A stretch of DNA of 64,000 nt from Thermodesulfovibrionia bacterium (GTDB lineage: Bacteria; Nitrospirota; Thermodesulfovibrionia; Thermodesulfovibrionales; SM23-35). The position numbers and the translations under genes were made by a program. The notes beneath the pieces were generated by a model. That model was not told the origin of the DNA. It saw nothing but the letters and a program-made list of their open reading frames with translations, and ran no database searches. Every line of letters starts with the position of its first letter. The stretch's first letter is position 1. The stretch spans positions 14,463 to 78,462 of the forward strand of contig JBGQLV010000004.1 of assembly GCA_041500225.1 (NCBI GenBank), in the 5' to 3' direction. Positions 1-9,700 of the stretch are shown here, in pieces.

Positions 1-1051
1 CTCCATATGCGGTTTCATAAGTAAAAGCAGGCATGAGGATAAGACCTTCGCCGGAAATAAGCTCTTTGAGTACTTTTATCACGGTATCCGCCCCTCCTTC
101 AAGAGACCCGAAGCTGCTCAGGGCGGCATGAACAACCACGGCTTGTCCGCTCCTGATGCCTAATTCGACGAGGGATCCCTTCAATTCATCTCCCCTCAAA
201 AGTCCTCTGGTCTTGAACAGGGTGTTAATAATACGAGAAAAACGCGACTTTTTCTTCCGTTCTAACTTCGCGCTCGAATAGTATGAAGCGGCGCAGTAAC
301 TAAGGGCCGTGAGGGTCTTGTATGAAAAATTATCGAGGATGTTGTTCGTCTCAAGATGCCGTCGACATGTGGCTATGATTCCCGACTTGAAATCATATTC
401 CTCACCGAGGTACTTTTTCCTTGCCGTCCAGCTCATCCCATGTATGTAGTATATATACACCAGATATTTGACATAGATGAACGGACCTTCCATAGCGAGG
501 CGAAGTCTGAGGTCGTAATCTTCAGCCCAGTTTACTTCCGGGTTATATCCTCCTATCGAGTCATAAATACTCTTTCTGATGAGTGCCGCGCCATCCGGCA
601 CAAAATTGGCGTTGAACAAGTCAAACTGATTGAAATCCCTCCCGTAATAAAAAGGCGACCTGATTTTCTTCACCCGCCGGACAACTTTCGTTTTGCCGTA
701 CACAACGCTTGCATCAGGATGAAGTTCAGCCGCTCCAACAAGCGTGCGAAGGCGGTTCGGCAACGCCATATCATCGCTATCCGAGGCAATAATGTAGCGG
801 CCCGAGGCACGGTCTGCAAGGAACTTATAGATAACAGCCGGCTTGCCGGAATTCTTCTCTCTCGTAAAATACTTGATGCGTTTGTCCCCTTCAGCAAAGC
901 TCTTGATGATTCCGAGACTCCCGTCCGACGAGGCGTCGTCGCAAATGAGCAGCTCGAAATCCTGGAACTCCTCCTTAAGGACACTCGATATAGCCATTCT
1001 AAGGAAGTCCTCTCTGTTGTAAACAGGCATCAGGACTGAAACAAGAGGCAT
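1..1051 (-). CDS. Family-2 glycosyltransferase fused in-frame to an AAC(3)/Antibiotic_NAT-like acetyltransferase domain (C-terminus runs off the window)
   Basis: Not in the ORF track because it has no stop in the window. My minus-strand translation from ATG 1051..1049 (GGAGG 7 nt upstream) stays open to base 1. It reads MPLVSVLMPVYNREDFL..LLICDDASSDGS..IASDSDD (GT2 motifs), then LVELGIRSGQAVVVHAALSSFGSLEGGADTVIKVLKELISGEGLILMPAFTYE (AAC(3)-like N-terminal pattern). Confidence 0.75.
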   Translation of the reverse strand, partial: MPLVSVLMPVYNREDFLRMAISSVLKEEFQDFELLICDDASSDGSLGIIKSFAEGDKRIKYFTREKNSGKPAVIYKFLADRASGRYIIASDSDDMALPNRLRTLVGAAELHPDASVVYGKTKVVRRVKKIRSPFYYGRDFNQFDLFNANFVPDGAALIRKSIYDSIGGYNPEVNWAEDYDLRLRLAMEGPFIYVKYLVYIYYIHGMSWTARKKYLGEEYDFKSGIIATCRRHLETNNILDNFSYKTLTALSYCAASYYSSAKLERKKKSRFSRIINTLFKTRGLLRGDELKGSLVELGIRSGQAVVVHAALSSFGSLEGGADTVIKVLKELISGEGLILMPAFTYETAYG

Positions 1052-1110
1052 CTAAACACCTCCTTGGATATGTAATTGATAAAGACAAACTACGAAAACA
1101 TATGGACGAA

Positions 1111-1926
1111 TCATAAATATCTCACCCTTCCATCAACCCATTTCTCTATCAGGGTATGGCCGTGCAGTGTCTTCTCCGATGTCCGCCACCAGAGGTCTTG
1201 AAGCTTGGCGCGCCTTCTCTCCAGAAACCTTTTCCACCAAGTAAGTCTCCATTTTCTGCGGAAATAAGCGCGATTTTCCGCTTCGTATGGCTTCACGTTT
1301 ACTTCCTTACGAATCGAATTTTGAGTGATAGATCCAAAATGATGTATAAATGAACGTCCAGTAGTCCCAAGGGTAAATACGGCAATTCTTGCCCTGCGGA
1401 AGAAGTCAGTGTCTTCTAACTGTCCAATTTTAAAGTTTTCGTCAAACAGGCCGATCTTATCGAATACACGCCGTCGCACCACAAAGCATATCCCCTGTGC
1501 AATGCCCATGCGTGCAACCGAGTACATACGCTGGACATATTCTCTCGAATACTCAGCAATATTATAGTTGTACTCGCCTTCTCGAAAGGCCGGGCTGACA
1601 ATATCCACGTTTTTCTCTCTGGCAAAATCAAGGAGCCCATTAAGCCAGTTTGTTGAAAGGATTATATCGTTGTTAAGAATTGCGATCCATGAGGCATTAG
1701 AAGCCCTAACGCCTTGGTTCCAAGCAACAGCACATCCCAGATTTTCCCCGTTTGTAATGATTCTGATATTTGAGAAGCCTAACAGATATTCAGCAGTCCC
1801 ATCTGAAGAGCCATTATCAATAACTATAATCTCACCATCTCTGAGGGGTGTCGCTTGGAGACTTTCTATGCATATTTTCGTAAAGTGAAGCTGGTTGAAG
1901 ACAGGAATTACTATACTTACGTCCAT
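1111..1926 (-). CDS. Glycosyltransferase family 2
   Basis: 271 aa. VSIVIPVFNQ..IIVIDNGSSDGT and a later DxD-like ED(T)D are typical of the GT2 fold. Confidence 0.85.
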   Translation of the reverse strand: MDVSIVIPVFNQLHFTKICIESLQATPLRDGEIIVIDNGSSDGTAEYLLGFSNIRIITNGENLGCAVAWNQGVRASNASWIAILNNDIILSTNWLNGLLDFAREKNVDIVSPAFREGEYNYNIAEYSREYVQRMYSVARMGIAQGICFVVRRRVFDKIGLFDENFKIGQLEDTDFFRRARIAVFTLGTTGRSFIHHFGSITQNSIRKEVNVKPYEAENRAYFRRKWRLTWWKRFLERRRAKLQDLWWRTSEKTLHGHTLIEKWVDGRVRYL

Positions 1927-2061
1927 TCAAACCTCTTACAACGCCGGCCAGTGATATGTACACAAACTTCTCTTAAAGTCTTAAGCTGTTTTTTAAGAGG
2001 CGCCAGTTTTATAGTATCTGGTCTTGTGCCGAATATAAAAAGAAATCTGTATTTTCGTTTT

Positions 2062-2826
2062 TTAATCTTTGTTTTCCCTCTGGAGTTCGAGGAGTTTTGC
2101 ATATTTAAAAAATGATCCTCCTGCCTTTGTAATCGCAATAATAAAGCCATCAAGTCCGTTCAGAAATCCCAGTTTAAAAATATAGACTTTGATAAACATG
2201 GCAATCCCATGAAAAAATGGCGTAAATACATTCGTCCTATTTCCTGTTTCAAAAAGCTCTCTCGCCATATCGGTCGACCTTGTCTCCAATATGGTAAGCA
2301 TGTCAGAATAACCGGTAAAACTATAGTGATCGATCGGCATATCAACTTTCTCAAGAACGCCGCTCGTCTTCCACCTACCATGCGTTATAGCCTGGAAACG
2401 GCCCGTGCTCTTTCTTACGAGTCTTACTATCCTGTCAGGCCAACACCCGCAGTATCGGATCCACCTGTCATGGAAATAATTTCTCCTTGGAAAGCTATAT
2501 GCATCGGCATTTTTCGGATCACTTATTATCTGCTTAATCTCGCGTGCAGTTTCTTCAGGTATCCTCTCATCAGCGTCTACAACGAGTACCCACTCATACT
2601 TGCATTTGTCGATTGCACTGTTTTTCTGAGGTCCGTCGCCCTTCCAATACTCTACAAAGACTCGGCAGCCAAATTCTTTTGCAATTTCCACGGTTCTATC
2701 TGTGCTGCCTGAATCAACTACAACAATATCATCTGCAAAAGCGACACTTTTCAGGCACTCGGGTAATTGTTTTTCTTCATTTTTTGTAATAACAGCTACT
2801 GATAGAGGGATCTTTTCAGGAAACAT
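2062..2826 (-). CDS. Glycosyltransferase family 2 (LPS-core WaaE/KdtX-like)
   Basis: 254 aa. LSVAVITKNEEKQLPECLKSV..DIVVVDSGSTDRT..VVDADE. Confidence 0.8.
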   Translation of the reverse strand: MFPEKIPLSVAVITKNEEKQLPECLKSVAFADDIVVVDSGSTDRTVEIAKEFGCRVFVEYWKGDGPQKNSAIDKCKYEWVLVVDADERIPEETAREIKQIISDPKNADAYSFPRRNYFHDRWIRYCGCWPDRIVRLVRKSTGRFQAITHGRWKTSGVLEKVDMPIDHYSFTGYSDMLTILETRSTDMARELFETGNRTNVFTPFFHGIAMFIKVYIFKLGFLNGLDGFIIAITKAGGSFFKYAKLLELQRENKD

Positions 2827-4024
2827 CTATTGCCCCGCTAACCCCAGCAAAAAGTGATAATGCAATTGCAGTAGCAAAGGGAAGTACTTGCGTATCTGTA
2901 AGACTTCCTATGATAAAGACTATTGTAAACGCAAAAACGGCGAATCCCAAGGCTGAATTCCGGCCTCTCCATCCTTTCTTCAGCATTACAATCAAGAGCC
3001 AACAAAAGGCAGCAAGGCCGGATATACCGAAACTTATCATCATATAGAGAAAACTGTTATGCGGATGGTCAAAAAAGGGAAGTGACGGATCTTTCTTATA
3101 AACTTCCCACGACTTTTTAAATCCCGCTGTTCCTATGCCTAAAAAAGGATTCTTTTTTATCTCTGATAATGCTATTCCCCACATGTGAAATCTTAACCCT
3201 ATAGATGTATTGATATTTCCCTGTTTATATTGCATTGTGTCTTCCTTTGCCTTTGAAAATCGAGAGCGCACCACGGGAAAGGTAAATAATAAAGAAACTG
3301 CTACGACGCTGATGACAAGTATCTTAAATATATGCCGTTGTCCAATTATGTTATACACGATGAACGGAGACAAAACTATTAATGCTATATATCCACTCCT
3401 TCCCCCTATGAAACTTATAGTGGCAACATATTGAAGCATAATGAAAATATACAATATTCGTTCTCTTTTCGACTGAGCCTTTAAAAAATAAAACGATGAA
3501 ATGAGTATCCCTACCGTAAGTAGCAATGAATATGTGATGTGTGCAGAACTTCCCCCCAGCAAGCCTGTTGTAAGACCATTTTTAAGAGGTACTACACCTG
3601 CAAATTGCAGTATTGAAATAGCGCTATTTAAAGAGAGCCCTGATAGGTACATCTTGATTATTAAGTCGGGCTGTCTCTGCGTATTAAGAATGGATACAAT
3701 TGCCATAGCATATAACCAGTAATGAGTTTTTATGGCTATTCTGAATCCATCAACAGGTACAGGCGAGTAAAGAAGACCAATCCAGGGAAGAATGATAAGG
3801 ATCATTATTGGCAGTTTAATGTCGGATTTCCACCATATGCGGATATCCCGTAGAAACTTGCCAGAAATAATCCAGACACTGAGAACAAAGACCCCACAGA
3901 TCACTGTTGGTGATGTAGCTACAGGTACAGAGAAAAACATCCCAGCATATCCTGTCCATATTAGGATATCCGGATTAATTTTTTTTAAAAATCCCATTTT
4001 TACAATAATACTCCTTTGATGCAA
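2816..4024 (-). CDS. O-antigen ligase/polymerase family (Wzy_C-type) polytopic membrane protein
   Basis: 402 aa and strongly hydrophobic, with an HPHNSFLYMMISFGISG loop motif as in the WaaL/Wzy_C family. The track start at 4024 is TTG. The first ATG is at 3997, so the start is uncertain. Confidence 0.7.
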   Translation of the reverse strand: MHQRSIIVKMGFLKKINPDILIWTGYAGMFFSVPVATSPTVICGVFVLSVWIISGKFLRDIRIWWKSDIKLPIMILIILPWIGLLYSPVPVDGFRIAIKTHYWLYAMAIVSILNTQRQPDLIIKMYLSGLSLNSAISILQFAGVVPLKNGLTTGLLGGSSAHITYSLLLTVGILISSFYFLKAQSKRERILYIFIMLQYVATISFIGGRSGYIALIVLSPFIVYNIIGQRHIFKILVISVVAVSLLFTFPVVRSRFSKAKEDTMQYKQGNINTSIGLRFHMWGIALSEIKKNPFLGIGTAGFKKSWEVYKKDPSLPFFDHPHNSFLYMMISFGISGLAAFCWLLIVMLKKGWRGRNSALGFAVFAFTIVFIIGSLTDTQVLPFATAIALSLFAGVSGAIDVS

Positions 4025-4763
4025 GGGTTGCTAAATGAAGTTGTTTATTCCTGTCGGGTATGATTTTGTTTGTTGGATGCCATAAATGAAAACATATTGC
4101 CATGAAGGGAGGTACTTTTTTTACAAGCCCATATTTAAAAAATCTACATGCAAGTTCAGAATCTTCATTACCCCAGCCCTCAAAATCTTCATTAAATCCA
4201 TTTACGGTTATTATGTCTTTCTTGAAAAAGCCCATATTACATGACTTTATTCCCTTTAGTCTTTTGTTCTTAAATACAAAAATTGTGGGAAGGCGAATCA
4301 AATGATGAACATTAGAAATCTTGCCTGTCAAAGCCATCTTAATCAATGTCATGGCTGAATTAGCATGCTCATGATTAAAGACTGCTTCGACTCCTTTACC
4401 GACGAGTACCCTTTTCCCCTGTGTAAAGTACCCTTTTTCTGCTAACAATAAGTGGTCTGATATAAAATGTCGATTTGCAATACAATCGCCATCTAAAAGT
4501 ATAATATACTCTCCTGATGATTTTTTTATTGCCTCATTACGAATTTTTGCAGCTCTGAATCCTTTATACTCTTGCCACACGTGAACTATCGGAAAGGGAG
4601 TAATCTCGAAGAATTTTTCTACTATATGAAAGGTATCTCTGTCTGAACCATCATCTGCTATAAATACTTCATCAGGTAGCCTGGTCTGGCTCAAAATGCT
4701 CTCAATCACCTTTTTAAGGGCTACTGGATTGTTATGGGTTGTTATTATAAGAGATATTTTCAA
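3975..4763 (-). CDS. Glycosyltransferase family 2
   Basis: 262 aa. KISLIITTHNNP..VFIADDGSDRDT..ILLDGDC. Confidence 0.8.
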   Translation of the reverse strand: MKISLIITTHNNPVALKKVIESILSQTRLPDEVFIADDGSDRDTFHIVEKFFEITPFPIVHVWQEYKGFRAAKIRNEAIKKSSGEYIILLDGDCIANRHFISDHLLLAEKGYFTQGKRVLVGKGVEAVFNHEHANSAMTLIKMALTGKISNVHHLIRLPTIFVFKNKRLKGIKSCNMGFFKKDIITVNGFNEDFEGWGNEDSELACRFFKYGLVKKVPPFMAICFHLWHPTNKIIPDRNKQLHLATLASKEYYCKNGIFKKN

Positions 4764-4782
4764 TAATTTTCACCAAGTGAAT

Positions 4783-6519
4783 TTAGTTCAGCTCCTGTAA
4801 GTCCTGATCGCTAAATTGAAGTTCATAGAGCTTTTTATAAAGTCCTCCACGCTCGTATAGCTCTTTATGAGTGCCTACCTCCAGAATCATGCCTTTATCC
4901 AGTACTATTATCCTGTCCGCTCTTTTTATTGTCGAGAGCCTGTGCGCAATTACAAAGGTGGTCCTGTTTTTCATAAGGTTCTCAAGTGCCCCCTGGACCA
5001 TCATCTCTGATGCGGTATCGAGGGAAGAGGTAGCCTCATCAAGGATAAGTATCGGCGGGTTTTTCAGTATTGCCCTTGCAATCGAAAGTCGCTGCCTTTG
5101 ACCGCCGGAAAGTGTCATGCCCCTCTCACCGATTATTGTGTCATAGTCCTGAGGCAATTCCACGATAAAATCATGTGCATATGCTGCTTTTGATGCCGTT
5201 ATTATCTCTTCTCTGTCCGCTTCGGGTTTACCGTAAGCTATATTTACAGCCACAGTATCATTAAAGAGAATCACTTCCTGAGTTACTATGCCGAACTGAT
5301 TTCTCAAGGACTTAAAGGTGGCGATCGAAATATCCACACCGTCCATATAGATCCGGCCTTCCGCAGGCGTAAAAAACCTTGGGAGCAGATTAACAAGTGT
5401 AGTTTTTCCACCTCCGCTTTTTCCGACTATCGCTATTATTTCACCCTTCTCTACCTCAAGGTTGACGTTTTCCAGCGCCTTTCTTTTTGCAAAAGGATAC
5501 ATAAACGATACGCCATCAAATTTTATCTCTCTGCTGAAAATTTTAAGTTCTTCTGTCCCGTCCACTTCCTTCTGTTCTGACAGCAGATCGTGTATCCTGG
5601 CCAATGGAGCTCTTGCCTGCTGTATACCAATATTTACCCTCGCAAGCCTTTTTGCGGGAGTATATATTAAAAGAATGGCAGTCAGAAAGGAAAAGAAATC
5701 CCCAACTGAAATAACATTTTTTATTACAAGCCATCCTCCATACCACATAACGAACGCTATCCCTATGCCGCTTACAGCCTCCATAATTAGCGACGCAAAC
5801 TCGGAGACCCTTATCGCGCGCATATTCTCTCTATAAAAATCTTTGTTTTTCCTTTTAAAACGCTCGCTCTCATCTGCCTCCTTACGAAAAGCTTTTATAA
5901 TCTTCATGCCCGCAAAACTATCATTAAGAAATTCAGTAATTAAGGATATTTTTTCCTGTGTGCGTTTACTTATGAGTCTTATTCTCTTGCCGAGATGTCC
6001 AACCCCATAAAAAGCAGTTGGTAAAACTACAATTGAAATAAGTGTAAGGTCCCACCTGCGCCATAATGCCACACCTGTAAGTGCGATTACTGTTGAACTT
6101 TCAATAAACAAATCCTTGATTGTTAAAGATACAACTCCCTGGAGAATGGAGGTATCATTTATCATCTTTGAGATGAGTTCACCGCTTGAATTTTTACTGA
6201 AATATCCCATTGGTAACTCCAAAATATGTCTATAAAGTTTATTCCTGAGGTGCGTCACCATTTTCTGGCCAGCGGACCTCATAAGATATTCGTGGAAAAA
6301 AGTAAATATCCCTTTGATTAGAAAAATAAAGAATACGGCTAATGGAAGTAACAATAGCAAATTTATGTCTTTTTTAATAAGTATATCGTCCATCGCCGGC
6401 TTTACAAGCCAGGCAAGGGATGCATTCAGGCCGGAAATGATGAGGCTTATTACGACTGCAACCGTAACCCTGTGCCAGTAGGGTTTAACGAGCTGGAAAA
6501 TTTTTTTTAAGTCTTCCAA
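4783..6519 (-). CDS. msbA: ABC transporter permease/ATPase fusion, MsbA-like lipid A/LPS flippase
   Basis: 578 aa. N-terminal 6-TM domain, Walker A GKSGGGKTT, signature LSGGQRQRLSIARA, Walker B ILILDEATSSLD. It sits within an LPS gene context. Confidence 0.8.
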   Translation of the reverse strand: MEDLKKIFQLVKPYWHRVTVAVVISLIISGLNASLAWLVKPAMDDILIKKDINLLLLLPLAVFFIFLIKGIFTFFHEYLMRSAGQKMVTHLRNKLYRHILELPMGYFSKNSSGELISKMINDTSILQGVVSLTIKDLFIESSTVIALTGVALWRRWDLTLISIVVLPTAFYGVGHLGKRIRLISKRTQEKISLITEFLNDSFAGMKIIKAFRKEADESERFKRKNKDFYRENMRAIRVSEFASLIMEAVSGIGIAFVMWYGGWLVIKNVISVGDFFSFLTAILLIYTPAKRLARVNIGIQQARAPLARIHDLLSEQKEVDGTEELKIFSREIKFDGVSFMYPFAKRKALENVNLEVEKGEIIAIVGKSGGGKTTLVNLLPRFFTPAEGRIYMDGVDISIATFKSLRNQFGIVTQEVILFNDTVAVNIAYGKPEADREEIITASKAAYAHDFIVELPQDYDTIIGERGMTLSGGQRQRLSIARAILKNPPILILDEATSSLDTASEMMVQGALENLMKNRTTFVIAHRLSTIKRADRIIVLDKGMILEVGTHKELYERGGLYKKLYELQFSDQDLQELN

Positions 6520-6799
6520 AATGGAATTTCCCTCCAGGGAGAATCGAAACGAATTTTTATAGTATAACTAATAGTTATATATATAGAAAAGAGGTATAAC
6601 TGGCTGTTAGGTCTATGACAAATATAGAAGGAGAAATTTGGCTTTCTCTTTTTTACGCTGTAATCCTTCTATAATTAAAAATATTTTTTTGACTTCAGAA
6701 TTATCTGAAAAACACGGATTATATATTCATAAAGGTTTTTTGGATCATCTATAATTAATCAATATAACCATCCATTTCTGCTAAAATAGAAAAACTTAC

Positions 6800-9700
6800 A
6801 TGACTATATTACACCTTTATCGAAAACCAGCCCTTTCGCTATCAAAGAGGAATGAACTGTTGTCAGTTGCACAGCAGAAGGTCTCTCCTGATATAAAGGA
6901 CATTGAAACAGAATACTGCTTTAATATCGAGACAATAACTCCTTTTACAGATGAGGAGCTTAATATAGTTCGATGGCTTTTAGCAGAGACATTCGAGCCG
7001 GAGAATTTTTCGGAGAGGAGTTTTTTGACTCGTCACTCGTCACTCGTCACTCGTCACTGTCTTTTGGAGGTTGGCCCGAGGATGAACTTTACAACAGCAT
7101 GGTCAACAAATGCAGTATCGGTATGCCATTCTTGTGGCCTCAAAAAAATTACACGAATAGAGCGTTCAAGAAGATATAAATTAATATTTAATCAGCAAAT
7201 ACCCCCCCTCAATCCCCCCCCTGCTAAGGGGGGGCGAAGGAGGGGTAGTTCATCTTCCCTTCAACCTTCAACCTTCAACCTTCAACTTTTTTTAGAACTT
7301 ATTCATGACCGGATGACAGAGTGTCCCTATCCGGAAAGCCTTACCACTTTTGAGACATGTAAAAAAGCAGAGCCTGTTTACATTGTTCCACTGATTGAAG
7401 AGGGCAAAGAGGCTCTAAAAAAGATAAACATTGAAATGGGACTTGGGTTGGATGACTGGGATATAGATTATTATTACAACCTCTTTGTTAATGGCATAGG
7501 ACGTAATCCTACTAATGTAGAGTGTTTTGATCTCGGTCAATCAAACAGCGAGCATTCAAGACACTGGTTCTTTAAAGGAAGATTAATTATTGATGGGGAG
7601 AAAATGCCCTATACACTGATGGATATAATCAAGCATCCCTTGAAGACTAACCATGGTAACAGTATCATTGCCTTTAAAGATAACTCAAGCGCAATTCATG
7701 GTTATGAGATATTTACCATAATACCTGAGCATCCAGACAGGCCTTCACGTTTCCAAGGTTCAAGACTCGATTATAATATTATCTTTACAGCCGAAACACA
7801 CAATTTCCCTACTGGTGTAGCACCTTTCCCTGGAGCGGAGACAGGCACAGGAGGAAGGATAAGAGATGTTCAGGCCACAGGCAGAGGTAGCTTAGTTATA
7901 GCAGGTACTGCTGCATACTGTGTAGGTAATCTGCGAATACCCGGCTATCCTTTACCATGGGACGATCTGTCATTTGAATATCCACCAAACCTTGCTTCTC
8001 CGCTTCAGATAGAGATAGAGGCAAGCAACGGCGCATCTGATTATGGCAATAAATTTGGTGAGCCAGTAATACAGGGTTTTACAAGGTCTTTTGGTTTGAG
8101 ATTACCGGATGGTGAAAGACGGGAATGGGTTAAGCCAATAATGTTTACTGGCGGTGTAGGACAGATAGATAACAGACATATCGAAAAGGGGAAACCTGAA
8201 AAAGGAATGTTCGTAGTCAAGATTGGCGGTCCTGCATATCGAATTGGCATTGGAGGAGGAGCAGCATCGAGTATGATACAGGGAGAAAACATTGCCGAAC
8301 TTGATTTCAGTGCCGTGCAGCGTGGCGATGCTGAGATGGAACAGAAGGTAAACAGGGTCATCAGGGCGTGCGTAGAAATGAGTGATAAAAATCCTATCAT
8401 TAGCATCCATGATCAGGGCGCTGGCGGAAACTGTAATGTTGTGAAGGAAATCGTTTATCCTGCTGGTGCAAAGATAGAAATAAGAAATATCCAGCTTGGC
8501 GATAACACGCTATCAGTACTTGAGATATGGGGTGCAGAATATCAGGAACAGAATGCATTACTAATACAACCTGACAGGAGTGAAGAATTTTTTGCCCTCT
8601 GTAAAAGGGAGAAAGTTCCTTGTTCCTTTATCGGAGAAATTACAGGCGACGGTTATATCGTGCTTCATGATGAGACAGATGGCAGTACATCTGTAAATCT
8701 TGATCTTTCAAAGGTTCTTGGTGAGATGCCACAGAAAATTTTTCATATTGACCGAATAAAACCTCCTCTTGAGCCCTTAAGATTACCAGAGGGTATAACA
8801 TTAAAAGATGCTCTCGAAAGAGTGCTCCGTCTTATATCAGTAAGCTCTAAAAGATTCCTTACCAATAAAGTAGACAGATCTGTTACCGGTCTAATTGCAC
8901 AGCAGCAATGTGTCGGCCCTCTTCAGCTTACATTATCTAATGCGGCGGTTGTAAGTCAAAGTCATTTTGGATTAACAGGTGCAGCAATAGCTATCGGCGA
9001 ACAACCAATAAAGGGACTGATAAGCCCACAGGCAATGGCTCGAATGAGTGTTGGTGAAGCACTAACAAATATTATGTGGGCAAAAGTGAGCGCCGTCGAA
9101 GATATCAAATGTTCAGGGAACTGGATGTGGGCAGCAAAGCTTCCCGGCGAAGGCGCCAGGCTTTATGACGCGGCTGTTGCTATGAGTGATTTAATGGTTA
9201 AACTCGGCATTGCCGTTGATGGAGGTAAAGACAGCCTCTCGATGGCTGCCATGGTTCCTGGTGCATCAGGCAAGACCGAAATAGTCAAAGCTCCAGGTGC
9301 CCTTGTTATTTCTGCCTATGCCACATGCCCTGATATTACAAAGGTTATCACGCCTGATATAAAAAAGCCAGGTGAAAGCAGGCTGATTTACATTGATCTC
9401 GGCAATGGGAAATATAGAATAGGTGGCACTGCCTTAGCCCATGTCTACGGACAGGTCGGAAATGAATCTCCCGATCTGGATGACCCTCAGCTTCTCAAAC
9501 GCACCTTTAATGCCATACAGAGATTCATTTCAGAGGACCTGATTATTTCAGGTCATGACAGAAGCGATGGCGGGTTAATAACAACTCTACTTGAAATGGC
9601 ATTTGGGGGAAATTGCGGGATTGAGGTAAATATTAAGTCTTCAACACCCCCTCATCCCCTACTTGGTAAAAATCCCCCCATCCCCCCTTTACTAAAGGGG

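Noticed and set aside
356-1039. 227-aa plus-strand ORF in the track
   Set aside because: It is the antisense shadow of the minus-strand GT2 fusion gene. The minus-strand translation carries clear GT2 motifs and a proper SD+ATG at 1051, whereas the plus-strand product has no recognisable features.
6520-6799. Looked for a purine riboswitch or other leader upstream of purL
   Set aside because: I could not find the conserved purine-riboswitch junction sequences. Only AT-rich DNA and a trivial 6-bp hairpin are present.
7028-7285. Short tandem arrays checked as possible CRISPR
   Set aside because: The units are 7 nt long, contiguous with no spacers, and lie inside a CDS. Nothing in the window has the 24-48-nt repeat/spacer periodicity of a CRISPR array.
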